Below, one piece after another: positions 12,508 through 26,064 of a DNA stretch of 64,000 bases (its first letter is position 1; each line of letters begins with the position of its first letter). The stretch is from Eledone cirrhosa (taxonomy: Eukaryota). The DNA is taken from NCBI GenBank assembly GCA_964016885.1, contig OZ024747.1, positions 74,834,001-74,898,000 on the forward strand, read 5' to 3'. The notes under the pieces are model-generated. The model had not been told where the DNA came from. It searched no databases and saw only the letters and a list, made by a program, of their open reading frames with translations. Position numbers and translations under genes: made by a program.

Positions 12508-12778
12508 CTGAAAGAGAAAGAGAGAGAGAGAGGACATCTTGAAGCCGATCATTAAAAAATATAAAAAAGCAAGATTGGAGATACCGTATATTCTAAAAGA
12601 TCTCCCAACTATAAAATCTTTGAGTACATGGAGGTTGCAACAAGATTCAGCAACAGAACCTTCTAGATGATTTACAGCTTCCCTTGCTTCACATTTTTTT
12701 TGTTATTCTTTTTTTAATGCTCATTTTGCCTCCAGTTGGCCTTCCCTGTTTAAATTATAGAATCTCATTATTACTTTC

Positions 12779-13001
12779 ATGGGAAGAGCAGTGGATTAGC
12801 AGATTCGTTAGATTGTCAGACAACATGCTTTGAGGCATATAATTACTCCTCTTTACATTCTGAGTTCGAATCTTGCCGAGGTTAGCATTGCCTTTCATTC
12901 TTATAAAGTCGATAAATAAAAGTACCAGTAATGCACTGGGGTCAATGTAATCAACTCCCCCACCCCCTTCAAATTGCTGGCCTTGTACCAAAAGTAGATA
13001 C
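12779..13001 (+). mobile_element. tRNA-derived SINE, second family (gcctttcatcc...gtcgataaa domain), with a 13-bp TSD
   Basis: TSD CATTATTACTTTC at 12766-12778 and 13002-13014. Confidence 0.8.
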
Positions 13002-13019
13002 CATTATTACTTTCCTGGA

Positions 13020-13620
13020 AATTTGGTGATTTGTGCCGATGCAATAAATCAATAATAGATGAAAATCCAAACTGATTGATCTTCATTCACATCATTTATA
13101 TTTGATATCTTCAAACAACTTGCAGTGAAAAATCAACATTTCACATGACTCACATAACTGCATAAAGACTCTTTCACTGTTTAACTGGTTTTAGCCAGTG
13201 ATCTCTATTAACACTGCTACATGTAGCCTTTCTTTGGAATTAACTGTTTGCTGAATGAAGCAATTTAATGCCATTGTCCTATGTGGTTCCATCTGTTGCT
13301 GTGAAGAAGAAGATTCACCTGTCATCTTTTGCTGTAGAATGGCCAAGTGTTTTTTACATCTGTTGATATCACGTCCATGTATATTCCTTAGTAATTGTGA
13401 ACTGTGGTTCTTTTGAACCTGTAGTGCAGGTATCCCCACCCAAACATTTTAGATGTCTCATTGAACCCAGACATACTTTACTTAGACTTACAAGATTCTG
13501 TGTCTTGTAACACATAAGGCAGCCAAAGTGCTCCACTGACCATTGTCAGTTACATCTATCAATACATTCCACGTCTTGAGACAGATCTATAACTTCTATG
13601 GGTGAACTTGAACCAGTCCT
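13020..13620 (-). mobile_element. Possible decayed hAT-family (KIAA1586-like) transposase fragment
   Basis: HFGCLMCYKTQNL...SQLLRNIHGRDINRCKKHLAIL loosely resembles the LGCxxC...LRKKIxEH zinc-finger region; frameshifted. Confidence 0.3.
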
Positions 13621-13736
13621 CTGTGAAACACACATAACAGGTCGATACACAATAAAAATCTTAATACATGTAAACAAAACTTCATCGTTTGTATATATTT
13701 ATTTAATTACATAATAAACAACATAATATAATTATT

Positions 13737-13807
13737 CTATTACCAAACGTTTCAAGAGACTAGATGATTCTTACAGAAATATCCAGCTCGTTCATCAGAT
13801 GAAATAG
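13737..13807 (-). ncRNA. Hammerhead-like motif with a long stem II and minimal palindromic stem III
   Basis: CTGATGA(13798-13792), hairpin GAG-CTGGAT-TTCT/AGAA-ATCTAG-CTC, GAAACGTT, imperfect stem I CTATTTCA/TGGTAATAG. Confidence 0.55.
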
Positions 13808-14679
13808 CTCTGTACTACACACAGAGCACTCTTCTTTCCTTTACCTTTTCTATGGAAATACTTTATATATGTATATATATTTCTATGGAAATACTTTATA
13901 TATCATCATCATCATCATCATCATTACGTCCTCTTTTCCCTGCTTGCAAGGGTGGGACGGGTCTTATTCAGCACAGCATCTCTCCACTCGTCATGGTCCC
14001 TCGTCATCTCCACCGTGAGAATATATATATATATATATATTCATTTATTTGACCAAGTAATGAATATTGGTACTCTAGAGTTTCATCTGTGTGCAGGGGA
14101 AACATACAAACACACACACACACACACACACAGGCATACGCACACACAGACATACGCACACACAGACACACGCACACACAGACACAGACACACACAGACA
14201 TACACACACAGACAAACACACACACAGACAGACACACACACACAGACATATGCAGACACACACAGGCACACAAACACAGACATACACACACAGAGACATA
14301 TACACACACAGCCCCACACAAGCACAGACATACACAAAAATATAAATGTTTTGGTAGATATCACTGTAGGATACATTAGATCAAAATAAAAAATAAAACC
14401 TCCATCGCCATATTTTGATAAGTAGTATTGATCTTAAAAAAATATCATTACTTTGGTAATAATCCATCGAAGATAATCAATTTATGTGTATTTCGGATAG
14501 GAAGTATCTAATATATTTGATTTAGTGAAAATGATAAGAGTTGCCAAGTGAGATTGCTATAAAAATATTGTTTATTGATTATTATTATTATTGTTATTGT
14601 TGTTGTTTCTTTGCTCAGTTTCTAATGCTGGAGATATATTACAGTGTTAGCTATTCATTACTAGTGAACTGAGGTAACA

Positions 14680-15305
14680 TCCCTCATTTTTCAAATACCC
14701 TCCAGAGTATTCAAGCAGTTCCAAGCAATGCTGTCTTTTGTAAATGTTCCATCTGTTTTGCAATCCTTATTTGTTTAATGTACTTCTCAAGACCTTTACT
14801 CACTGTTCCTAAGACTCTATTATTAGTATTACCACCACCTTTTTAAGTGACCACAACTGCTTAACCTCCAAAGCTAACCTATCATATCTATCAATTTTCT
14901 TCCTTCTTTATCACACACCTTGTTATCAGCTGAACAGACTATATCTATGATCCAACTCAGTGTCTTCTTTCTAAATTAGTACAATATCTGGTCTCCTATG
15001 TTCAATCTCATGGTCACACTGTATCACAAAGTCCCACAGGATCTTTGCACCATCATTTTCAATAACACCTTCAGGGTTATGTTCATACCACATTTCTGCT
15101 CTGTCGAGTACATATTTGCCACAAAGTGTCCAATGGACTATCCTTGTTATGTTGTCATGACATTTCTTATATTCTTTCTGAGCTAGTGGTGTACATTGAC
15201 TGGTAATATGCCATACAATTTCTCCATTCATGCCACATATTCTACACTTACCACTTTCTGTTGTGTGGTCTACTCTATAGTTCTTAGTACTTGTTCTTGA
15301 GCAGC
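14680..15305 (-). mobile_element. Non-LTR retrotransposon 3' fragment with CCHC knuckle and restriction-like endonuclease (R4/Dong/NeSL-type)
   Basis: CRICGMNGEIVWHITSQC...HD...KILWDF...EHRRPDIVLI; (ATT)n nearby at the 3' side. Confidence 0.85.
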
Positions 15306-15450
15306 ACAGATTAAGGTTAGCTTTGCCTTTCATCCTAATGAGGTCGATAAAATAAAGTACCAGTAATGAACTGAGGTTTATTTAAACAACTTTCCACTCT
15401 CCAAAATTGTTGGCCTTGTGCCTTAATCAGAAACCAATATTAGAAGATGA

Positions 15451-15665
15451 GGGCAGTGGATTGGCAGTATCGGTAGAGGGTCGGACGCCATGCTTTACAG
15501 CATAGTTACGGCTCTTTATGATCTGAGCTCAAATCCCGCCGAGGTTAACTTTGCCTTTCATCCTTATGGGGTCGATAAAATAAAGTACCAGTCACGCACT
15601 GGGGTCGATTTAATCGCCTTTCCCCTCCCCCCCAAATTACTGGCCTTGTGCCTATATAAGAAAAT
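15451..15665 (+). mobile_element. tRNA-derived SINE, second family (other copies near 4620, 15310, 33340, 37850, 45740, 46105, 48535)
   Basis: Shared gaggttaactttgcctttcatcc...ggggtcgataaaataaagtaccag...ggccttgtgcc body. Confidence 0.8.
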
Positions 15666-17547
15666 TAGAAGAAGAAGAATTATTTTTGAAAGTGTGAAGA
15701 TAATGAAGAATATTAATTGCAAAGCTTCGCATTTTTCTTGAAATATTTGGCACTTGAAACATTCCAATAAATGGTAGTTGAATATTTGTTATGCTTTATC
15801 AGCTATAAGTTTTCTTCTATCAGAGACAGCATCAAGAGGACTATGACTGAAGAAAACTAACCAGTAGGGTCAGTAGTATGTATGTGGAGTCATGTGACCT
15901 AGTGGTAAATGTATTGGACCTACAATCATAATGTTGTGGGTTCGATTCCTGGACTGGATTGTGTGTTGTGTTATTGAGCAAAACACTTCATTTCACATTG
16001 CTCCAGTATACTCAGCTATGTTTGTGGATTATATACACACATTTGACACAAAACACTGGTTTCTAGTATGAACTTATGAAAGAATTTTATAACATACCCC
16101 CACCGCTTTCTTGTTTTATGTTTGTGTTCTATGAATTCTAAATATAGATTTTAGAATGTTTTTGACAGATCTAACATTTGTATGACAGACAGACAAAATC
16201 TTTATAAAACTATTATAACATAGATTAGTTTCTGAATTTCAGTACGAATATTGCTGTACTTGAAATACTAAGAAAATATTCTAAAATGATTGGTTCAACT
16301 ATATACTCTGTATTTTTCAGCATATAAGTCACTTTTTTTACTCAAACATATTCTGTTAAAATCTGCCTGTGTCCTCCTCATCATCATCATAATTGGTTTT
16401 ACGTCTGTTTTTCCATGCTTGCATGGGTTGGACAGGTCCTTCTCAGCTCAGTATCTCTCTCCTCGCTGCATTTCTTCATCATCTCCTTCATGAGTCTCAA
16501 CAATTTGAAGTTAGTTCTCACCACCTCTGCCCAGGTTTTTCTCAGGTTCTATACAATAAAATTATGAAGACCACAATAAAAATAACACATGCATATAATA
16601 CACAACCCATCTGTAAGTAAATCTATATATTTAAATAGACATGCATGGTTTAGTTTATTTTAATACCAATATTGATATTTTCATTCTAAAAAATATTTAC
16701 ATTATTGGCTTCTCTGTAAAGAAGGAAAAATATAACTATTTACATTGCTTGGTTATTTGTAAAAATAAATAAAAACTCAGTTTATAGTTAATAGACGCAG
16801 ATGAAAGTATTTTTAAATGGACTCTAATCACTGTTCAACATGGCACAAAATAACTCTATTCAGTTCTTTTGTGTCTAGAACAATACTCTTTTTTTAATAT
16901 CAGGTTGAATTTTTGTTTAATAAAAATCTTTTAGATACTACTATAACTGTTTTCCACAAAGCTTTTCTTCAAAATAGGGGTGTCCCATATATCCCATGTC
17001 CTGGAAAATATGGTAATTTTCTTTAATTTTGGTGGTGATGGTAGTAGTAGTAGTAGTAGTAGTAGTAATGGTGGTGGTGCCACCGTCAAGTCTGATAAGT
17101 GTTCCAGTTACTCGAACAACGGAACAGTCTGTTCGTGAAATTAGCATGCAAGTAGCTGAGCATTCCTCAAATATGTTCACCTCAAATGCAGTTATCAGGG
17201 AGATTCAGCATAATACAGAATGTGACAACAAGACTGACTCTTTGAATTACAGCTACAAATCATTTATATTATCTGAGCATACTGGAGCAGTGTGAAATAA
17301 AGTGTCTTACTCAAGGACACAACACACTGTCTCAAGGAACCTAGTCCAGAAATCGAACCCACAACACTAGGATCATAAGTCCAACACCCTTACCACTAGG
17401 CTATGCAACTCCACTACCAGGATTCAAACTCATAACCTTACAACCATGAGCCAAATAGCTTAACCAATAAACCACATACCTTTAAAATGGTTTAATGTAA
17501 TCTAAATAGAAAGCATTGATTTATTTTTCTTTTCATTGGTCCCTTAC

Positions 17548-18662
17548 AAGATTCTATTAAGGTATTAAATTAGCTGAGTAACAGTTGGTTGTCCTTTCTT
17601 CAAAGATAAATAACATTGCAAAGACATGAATCGTCTTTCAAAGTGTTCAACAATTGCTGCTTTTTAAAACATCTCCTAGGTTTGTGTAGGCAATAGAATT
17701 ACAACTTTTCATATGAATCAGTATCTTTATAAATAATGTTAGCCTGATATCATTATTGATGGTTTTGTGGGGGACATCTGTGAAGTTGTGAAAGATGCTA
17801 AAAATAGATGTCAAATTTCCTCAAATCACATGCTATCTATCTTCCTTTTCGCATTTTTAATATCAAAATGCTTGAAACCAACCTTGATTCTATGATACTA
17901 AGTTGTTTAGTTATACAGCAAATAACATTTTAATGAATTCATCATCATTATCATCATTTAAAGTCCATTTTCCCTTCTAGAAAATGCTAGCAAGTATTGG
18001 ATGTGTCATTACAGATCAAGTCAATACTTAATCGGAGCTAGTAACCTCTAAGACAAGCTGGGGTACCCACAACTCACTTATATATATGTATATATATATA
18101 CATTCCCACATTCTACAGAGTACACCAGGTGCATTTTATTTTGGCCCCAGAACTAAGGAGGTTGTCATGTCTTTGACACAACTGAAGAATCTTAATAATT
18201 TTATAATTTCAGTTCCATGTTTTACTATGATTTTACAAAACCTTCACACTCTCATCAAAATCATTAGATATATATAGTAATATATTTGGAGATGATCATG
18301 TTACCAGTGTTGCCAAAGACAAGATAGAGTAACAGACTAAAACAAGAAAGAAGAGGAGGCACAAAAAGAGAACAAATAGTCATTGAGGAGGTCACAGAAT
18401 GCATGACGAAAGACTTTAGATGAACTACCCTATAACTAGTAATAAAGATAAAGTGAAAAAGTGAAAATGATATGGTGTGTGTGTTATTGGCAAGGATGGC
18501 GACATGACCATACCTAAATATTACAATATCGGTTTCAACAAATTTTACAGCAAGAATCTTGCAAAAACAAATACATAAATGTAAAATTATATATATAACA
18601 TATTTGTATTCCGGCTCCATACTTGTCTGGCCAGTGTCTTGATCTGTGTTTTTCTGTTGAAA
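17548..18662 (-). pseudogene. Two putative late exons (18623-18662; 17548-17675) of GT13 module 2
   Basis: FNRKTQIKTLARQ|gtatgg, and EMF*KAAIVEH..KDDSCLC...|gtaagg, which resembles LLSEAEVLDHSKNPC. Confidence 0.35.
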
Positions 18663-18913
18663 CTAAATCAATTACACAAAGAAAGTGTCATTTTAACCAT
18701 TTAAACCTTTTGTTACAATATTTCTAATGGATAACACTGCCTATGGTTTTCAATCCTGCTTGTTTGATAATAATCAGTAGCTCATGCGACACTCATCAGT
18801 TTAATTAGATGACCACAGCATTGTGAACACCAGTGGCTTCACAAATGATCAACTATTAATTTGACAATGGGTTGGCACAACTGTTCCAGCTGGCAAAGAA
18901 ATCTATGAGTATA

Positions 18914-19528
18914 CAGGTGTGACATGCCACATATATTCTAACCATTAGAGAAAGCAGGTGTGACATGCCACATATATTCTAACTATTAGAGAAAGCAGGT
19001 GTGACTTGCCACATATATTCTAACCATTAGAGAAAGCAGGTGTAACATGCCACATATATTCTAACCATTAGAGAAAGCAGGTGTAACATGCCACATATAT
19101 TCTAACTATTAGAGAAAGCAGGTGTAACATGCCACATATATTCTAACCATTAGAGAAAGCAGGTGTAACATGCCACATATATTCTAACCATTAGAGAAAG
19201 CAGGTGTAACATGCCACATATATTCTAACTATTAGAGAAAGCAGGTGTAACATGCCACATATATTCTAACTATTAGAGAAAGCAGGTGTAACATGCCACA
19301 TATATTCTAACTATTAGAGAAAGCAGGTGTAACATGCCACATATATTCTAACTATTAGAGAAAGCAGGTGTAACATGCCACATATATTCTAACTATTAGA
19401 GAAAGCAGGTGTGACATGCCACATATATTCTAACCATTAGAGAAAGCAGGTGTGACATGCCACATATATTCTAACTATTAGAGAAAGCAGGTGTAACATG
19501 CCACATATATTCTAACCATTAGAGAAAG
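18914..19528. repeat. 41-bp minisatellite, 15 copies
   Basis: Unit CAGGTGT(A/G)ACATGCCACATATATTCTAAC(C/T)ATTAGAGAAAG; 615 bp = 15 x 41, with no spacers. Confidence 0.95.
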
Positions 19529-20639
19529 CAAAATAAATTCTTCACTTTCAATGGAGGAATGACTCAAGAAGGAAATGGTTTTCAAATAATTTTGAAAATA
19601 ATCAAGGATTTTTCATTATTAAACTGGTGCTTGGAACATAACTTAACAACGGTTAGTACATAAAATTATGATGGAAGGTTTTATAGATAAATGTAAACAT
19701 TTTAAAAACAAATAGCTTTGTATATCAGAACCAGGGATAGTTTCATGTGGTTTGGTATAAAAACACACATAAAAAAACTGTTAAATTTCATCATCACCAC
19801 CACCACCACCACCATCATCATCACCACCACCATCATCGTTATCATCATCATCACTATTATCAACATCATCACCACCTTTGCCACCATCATCATACATCTG
19901 TTTTCCCTGTTAGCAAGGGTTGGATTCTTAAATTTATCATTTTTGTTACACAGTCTGTGGCCTGATCACTGATACAATTACACTGTGTGACAAAAATATT
20001 GACAATTACAAAGTTAACAGTTATTTGTATGTTTTAAAATGGCTGATATATTTGTAATTGTCTAAAGTTCACCTAAAGTTCACCTTCTTAAAAATATATT
20101 ATCTCATGCAAATTATAATAATTTTTTTTTTTTTACAATATACTTAACTTTTCCTACACACTAAATTGTTCTTTAATATATTTGACTTTCCAACCACATT
20201 CATGATAAAATATATGCTCCATGATGGAACCCCAATGTGGTCACTCTATCTGCTAGAAGAAGCAGCAAACTTTCCTCAAATCACATCATACTATCTTTAA
20301 AAAAAAGGAAGGGCAAATTGCACAATGAAGTCCCTGATTTACAGAAGGAAGGGCAGGTTGCACAATGTAGTCCCTAACTTACAGAAGGAAGGGTAGACTA
20401 TACAATATAGTCCCTAACTTACAGAAGGCTTACCTGGTATTAAACAACAACAATAACAATCCTATTATTTTAAATAATCACTAAAAAGAAGATTGACATT
20501 TTAAAACCATATCCTAACATTTTAGATTGTTTTATACATACATTCTACAAATATAGAAATACTAGAATATATATATATCATCATCATCACCGTTCAACAG
20601 CCATTTTTCCATGCTTGCATGGGTTGGACATATATATAT

Positions 20640-20960
20640 ATGGCTTAGTGGTTAGAGCATTGGCCTTGCAATCGAAAGGTTGTGAGTTCAATTCTCAGAC
20701 CGGGTGATGAGCTGTGTCCTTGAGCAAGACACTTTATTTCACATTGCTCCAGTTTACTCAGCTGTAGAAATGAGATGATAGGGACTGGGGTCCCTATCAT
20801 TCCACTGCAAAGTGTTCGTGGAGGTGCCACGGCAAAAAAGCACCCAGCACTCACTGTAAATGAGGTTGGTGTCAGGGCATCCAGCTGTAGAAATCAAACC
20901 AGAATCAGTTCCCGTCCCACCCTTGCAAGCAGGGAAAGGTGGACGTAAAATGATGATGAT
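20640..20960 (+). mobile_element. tRNA-derived SINE with RTE-like tail (copy of 6652-7000)
   Basis: Near-identical sequence. Confidence 0.85.
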
Positions 20961-21324
20961 GATATATATATATATTGTTGTATTCAGTATTCATGTTGAC
21001 TTGCTTATGCGGATGATGTCCATCTATCATGCACTAGAAGAAAGAATAAGAACCAGAAAACTACGTAGTAGTAGTAGTGGTGGTGGTGGTGGTGGTAGTG
21101 GTGGTAGTAGTAATAGTGGTAGTAGTAGCGGTGGTAGTAGTGGTGGTAGTGGGGGTAGTAGTAGCAGTGGTAGTAATAGTAGTAGTAGCAGCAGCAGTAG
21201 TAGTAGCAGCAGCAGCAGTAGTAGTAGTAGTAGTAGTACAGTCTACAGTAAAAGGAAGCAGTTGTTCTATATCACATAAATGGATAATAAAACAATTTAA
21301 ATCTGACAAAATATTGTATTCTGC

Positions 21325-22640
21325 TATACAGTGTGTGTAGAATATATATATACAGTGTGTAGAATGTATATATACAGTGTGTAAATTGTTTATATACAGT
21401 GTGTAGAATGTATATATATATAGTATGTAAATTGTTTATATACAGTGTGTAGAATGTATATATATAGTATGTAAATTGTTTATATACAGTGTGTAGAATG
21501 TATATATACAGTATGTAAATTGTTTATATACAGTGTGTAGAATGTATATATACAGTATGTAGATTGTTTATATATAGTGTGTAGTGTGTGTATATACAGT
21601 GTGTAGAATGTATATATAGTGTGTAGAATGTATATATATATAGTATGTAGTGTGTATATACAGTCTATAGAATGTATATATATAGTATGTAGTGTGTATA
21701 TACTGTATGTAGATTGTTTATATATAGTATGTAGTGTATATATATAGTATGTAGATAGTTTATATATAGTATGTAGTGTATATATATAGTATGTAGATAG
21801 TTTATATATAATATGTAGTGTGTATATATACAGTCTATAGAATGTACATATATAATATATAGAATGTATATATACAATATGTAGATTGTGTATATATAAT
21901 GCGTAGACTTTGTATATACAGTGTGTAGAATGTGTGTATACAGTCTGTACAATGTGTATATACAGTGTGAAGAATGTGTATATACTATATGTAGAATGTG
22001 TATATATAATCTGTTGAACATGGATATACAGTGTGTAGAATGTGTATATATACAGTGTGTAGAATGTGTATATACAGTGTGTAGAATGTATATATAGAAT
22101 GTATATATACAGTGTGTAGAATGTATATATATAGCCTGTAGAATGTGTATATACAGTGTGTAGAATGTGTATATAGTGTGTAGAATGTATATATACAGTG
22201 TGTAGAATGTATATATATAGTCTGTAGAATGTGTATATACAGTGTGTAGACTGTGTATATACAGTGTGTAGACTGTGTATATACAGTGTGTTGATTGTGT
22301 GTATACAGTGTGTAGAATGTATATATACAGTGTGTAGAATGTGTATATATAGTGTGTAGAATGTGTATATACAGTGTGTAGAATGTGTGTATAGAGTGTG
22401 TAGAATGTGTATACACAGTGTGTAGAATGTGTATATATAGTGTGTAGAATGTGTATATACAGTGTGTAGAATGTGTGTATACAGTGTGTAGAATGTGTAT
22501 ATATAGTGTGTAGAATGTGTATGTACAGTGTGTAGAATGTGTGTATACAGGCTGTAGAATGTGAATATACAGGCTGTAGACTGTGTATATACAGTGTGTA
22601 GAATGTGTGTATACAGTGTATATACAGTGTGTAGAATGAC
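21325..22640. repeat. ~22-bp minisatellite (tatatacagtgtgtagaatgtg)
   Basis: Direct inspection; the middle is degenerate. Confidence 0.95.
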
Positions 22641-23005
22641 ACTGTGAGTCATCCAGATTTTAGTGTTTATCTTCTGTCAATTCCTCTTCCCCTTCTCTTA
22701 AATTATTTGAGAAAGAGGAAGAAAAAACAAAAGAATGCTGTTGGATACAATTAAAACAATTTTAGATCGATAATGTGGGTAGAATTTAAATAAACAGTTG
22801 TCTTCTCTTGAAATATAAAGTATTTGTGTTGACTTGAGATATTTTGTGAAAACAGAGAGACATATTCTATCAAAACACAGAGACAGTGAGAGAGATAGAG
22901 GGATAGATAGAGAGAGATTTAGGGAGACAGAGAGAGAGATAGACAGGGAGATAGAGGGATAGATAGACAAAGAGACAGAGACATAGGTAGACAGGGAGAT
23001 AGATA

Positions 23006-26000
23006 TGTTTCTTTATTAGCCACAGGGGCACAAAAGAAGGGGACAAATACAAAGGGGGAAGTTTACATACAATAAAAGCGTGTAAAATATTATCACAAAT
23101 GTAATTTAAAAATTAGTCGATTTTCCCCAACAGGGGGGAACATTTCATATGGGTAACACATATCCCCGGAAAAAATGTGCAACCCTCATCTTCAGGAGTA
23201 CAAAGAGTTTGTACTCCTCTCCTCCTCTTTTTCCTCAACCAGGCTGATATAGAGAGAAGGCCCATTCACTCAGGCAATTCTCGCCACTTTCACCCACCTT
23301 TCATAAAATTTGCTGGGGTACAGCACCTCTCTCTCCATCCTGATTCTTCTTCCAACCTTGTCCACCTACAACCATAGCTATCACACAAAGGAAAACCGCC
23401 TCTCCTTCGTTTTTGAAGAAGGGTGGCGGTTTGATCATGACAATGGACTCGGTGGTCAACCGGATTGGTTCCACCCGCGACAATAGTCGTTCTACATAGC
23501 CCCACAGGTTGGTAACGCCCGGGCAGTGTATGAAGGCGTGCGCGATGGTTTCTTCGTCTCGCACGCACCTCGGACAGATCTTTTTTGCAGGGTCCCTGCC
23601 CGGGCGCTCATGTCTGTAGAGCTTGTCTCGAACTGATAGAGCTCCTCGGTAGCACTGCCAGGCCAGGGACTTTTGGAAGTTGTCCATCGGTCCCGGGCGG
23701 AAGGTCCTACCGAACAGACTGGCCAGTTCGTCTTCCTCTACGCCTAGAGTTTCACCGAGCACGTTGTCACACTTGCTGCTAATCAACCCTCTATAGAATG
23801 ACGAAGTGGAGTCTCCACTGATCGCCGGGTCCGCCTGCCAGAGGGCTGTGAGCGCCTGAGCACATTCGATGTGCCAGTCGCCCATTTTCCTCAGTCTTTG
23901 CTTGACCCAGGACTGCAGCTCGGTCAGCGAGACGAGTCATGAGAAGGCTCGCCTCACGAACGGGGCCCACACCGGTTGTCCAGTGAGGAATACGTAGAGA
24001 TGCCGAAGCCTGAGCACGTGTTTGCGCATCGTCAGCCACGGCATCCCCAGCCCTCCGTTGGAAGGGCGTTGGCAGCAGATGGATCTTCTCACCATAGGAG
24101 CCCGCCTCTTCCAAAGGAATTGGAAGAGCGCGCGCTCCATTTTGGCGAGCGTTTTGGCTGGACAAGGCACGACGGTCAAGCGGTAGTAGATGGCGGACGC
24201 TATAAGAGTGTTCGCCACCTCCGCTCGACCTTTCAAGGATAGTTTGCACTCGGCCCACTTCTGGGTGAGTGCAAACACCTTGGCCGACACCTCGTTCCAG
24301 TTCTTCTCCACCTGGAGGTCCGAACCAAACCAGACCCCGAGTAGCTTTACTGGTCCTTCCGTCAAGCGTCCGACGACGCCATCGGAAGGCATCGGTCTGC
24401 CTCTCCACGATCCGAGTTGCAAACCGATGGACTTGTCCCAGTTCAGCTTCGCTCCTGTGAACCTTTTGTATTCCTTCAGTAAGGTGTCAACTTCCTCGAC
24501 ACCATTACTGTCACGTCGTCGGCGTAGGCCGACGCCGCTTTCTGCAGTCCCGGTTCCAGAGGGATGCCCTGCAATAGCTCCAACTTCTGCAGTAGTGGCT
24601 CGAGAGTCAATACGTACAGAAGGGAGGAGAGAGGGCATCCCTGTCGAATGGATCGCGTGATATGGAACGGCTCCGAGAGGTAGCCGTTCACCTTAAACTT
24701 GAGCAGATGTTGTTGTTATGCATTGCAGCAATCCTGCCCCTGAACACGGATCTGAAGCCTGCCGCCTCGAGCACCGAATCCAGGTAACGATGGTCAACCC
24801 TATCGAAAGCCTTAGACTGATCCAAGTTGATCAGGGCCCCACCGAAGCCGGGTTTACACCCTACCCTCTCTATGATGTATCGCATGAGGTGGAGGTTGTC
24901 ATGTATGGACCTGGTCGGGATTGCGCATGTCTGCGCTTCTCCCACCAGGTTCCCGACGACAAGCGCCAGCCTCTTTGCCAACAACACCTTGGCCAAAATC
25001 TGTAACTCTGTGTTTAGCAGAGTTATGGGCCGGAAGTTGCCTATGTCATCCCCCTTATTCTCGTCCTTCCTGACTAGTGTGACTACGGCCCCAGTCACAG
25101 AACTGGGAATTCTCCCGTTCTGTTGCCAGTTGCAGTAGACCGCTTCCAGGAGACCGGAGAACAAGTCCGGCATTGCTACGTAAAATTCGTAGGGTAGACC
25201 ATCGAGACCTGGAGATTTGCATTTGCCGCATTGGCTCAATGCGTCTCCTATCTCAGCGGCTGAAATCGGCTTTTCGCAGAACTTTGCCTCGCTGTCCGAG
25301 AGTCACGGTAGGCCATCGAGGTATGGACTGAAACCCATAGCCCCTCCCGGCGCGCCGCCCTGCCCGAACAGCTGAGCAAAGTGCCGCTGAAAGGCCGCAC
25401 ACATCTGCTTTGGCTCATGTATCACGCGTCCGTTTTGGTCCTTCAAAGACCGAATCGTGGACTTGTTGCCACTTTTTGCCTCCGTCACCCGGGCCCAGCT
25501 AACAGCTTTGGCTCCCTCGTTTCCCAGAGCACGTATTTTGCTTCTGACAACGCAGCCCTCATGCTTTGTGTCGAAGAACTGGTCCAAGGCCGTTCTCGTT
25601 GCTAGCACGCTGGCTACGTTGCCACTTCTAATTGCCTCTTCTACTTTATCTACCAGTTCTTTCTCGGTTCTATTTCTATCTAACGCTAATTCTTTACTAA
25701 AAACTAACGAGTCTAATCTAACTGCCCTCTTGAGAGAGTACCACCATCTGTTGTTGACAATGGCCCCTGTCAAGTGCTGTTTAACTAAAGTGCTAATCCG
25801 TCTACTGTAGGCTTTGCATGTCGGTAACGACAAGTTCAGCTTCCAGTAGCCGGGTCCTTGTCTATGGGTTCTATCAAGGTTGACCATGCTGGTCACTAGT
25901 TTGTGATCTGAATAGGCAACCATGAACATTTGTGGACAGCTTAACATGTCCCTATCCTTATTTCTAACTAGAACCTTATCTAGGTACGATCTAGATGTTC

Positions 26001-26064
26001 CGCTACAATTAGTCCACGTCCACAGTGGCACAGTCGGAAAATCTAGTCGATATCTATCGGCCAG
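23006..26064 (-). mobile_element. 5'-truncated Tx1/L1-clade LINE; frameshifted ORF2 (APE C-terminus, RT, C-terminal CxxC-H-C zinc motif)
   Basis: WTW...SYLDKV...SDHK...GYWKLN; KSPGLDG; FRPITLLN; LDQSKAFDRV; RQGCPLS; AYADDV; CPRC...ETIAHAFIHC. AATAAA near the 3' end. 16-bp TSD GACAGGGAGATAGATA at 22990-23005 and 26065-26080. Confidence 0.95.

Noticed and set aside
18914-19528. CRISPR-like regular array
   Set aside because: The units are contiguous with no unique spacers, there are no cas genes, and the context is eukaryotic.
23937-24660. Overlapping and antisense ORFs inside the Tx1 element
   Set aside because: They are shadows or frameshifted pieces of the GC-rich ORF2.
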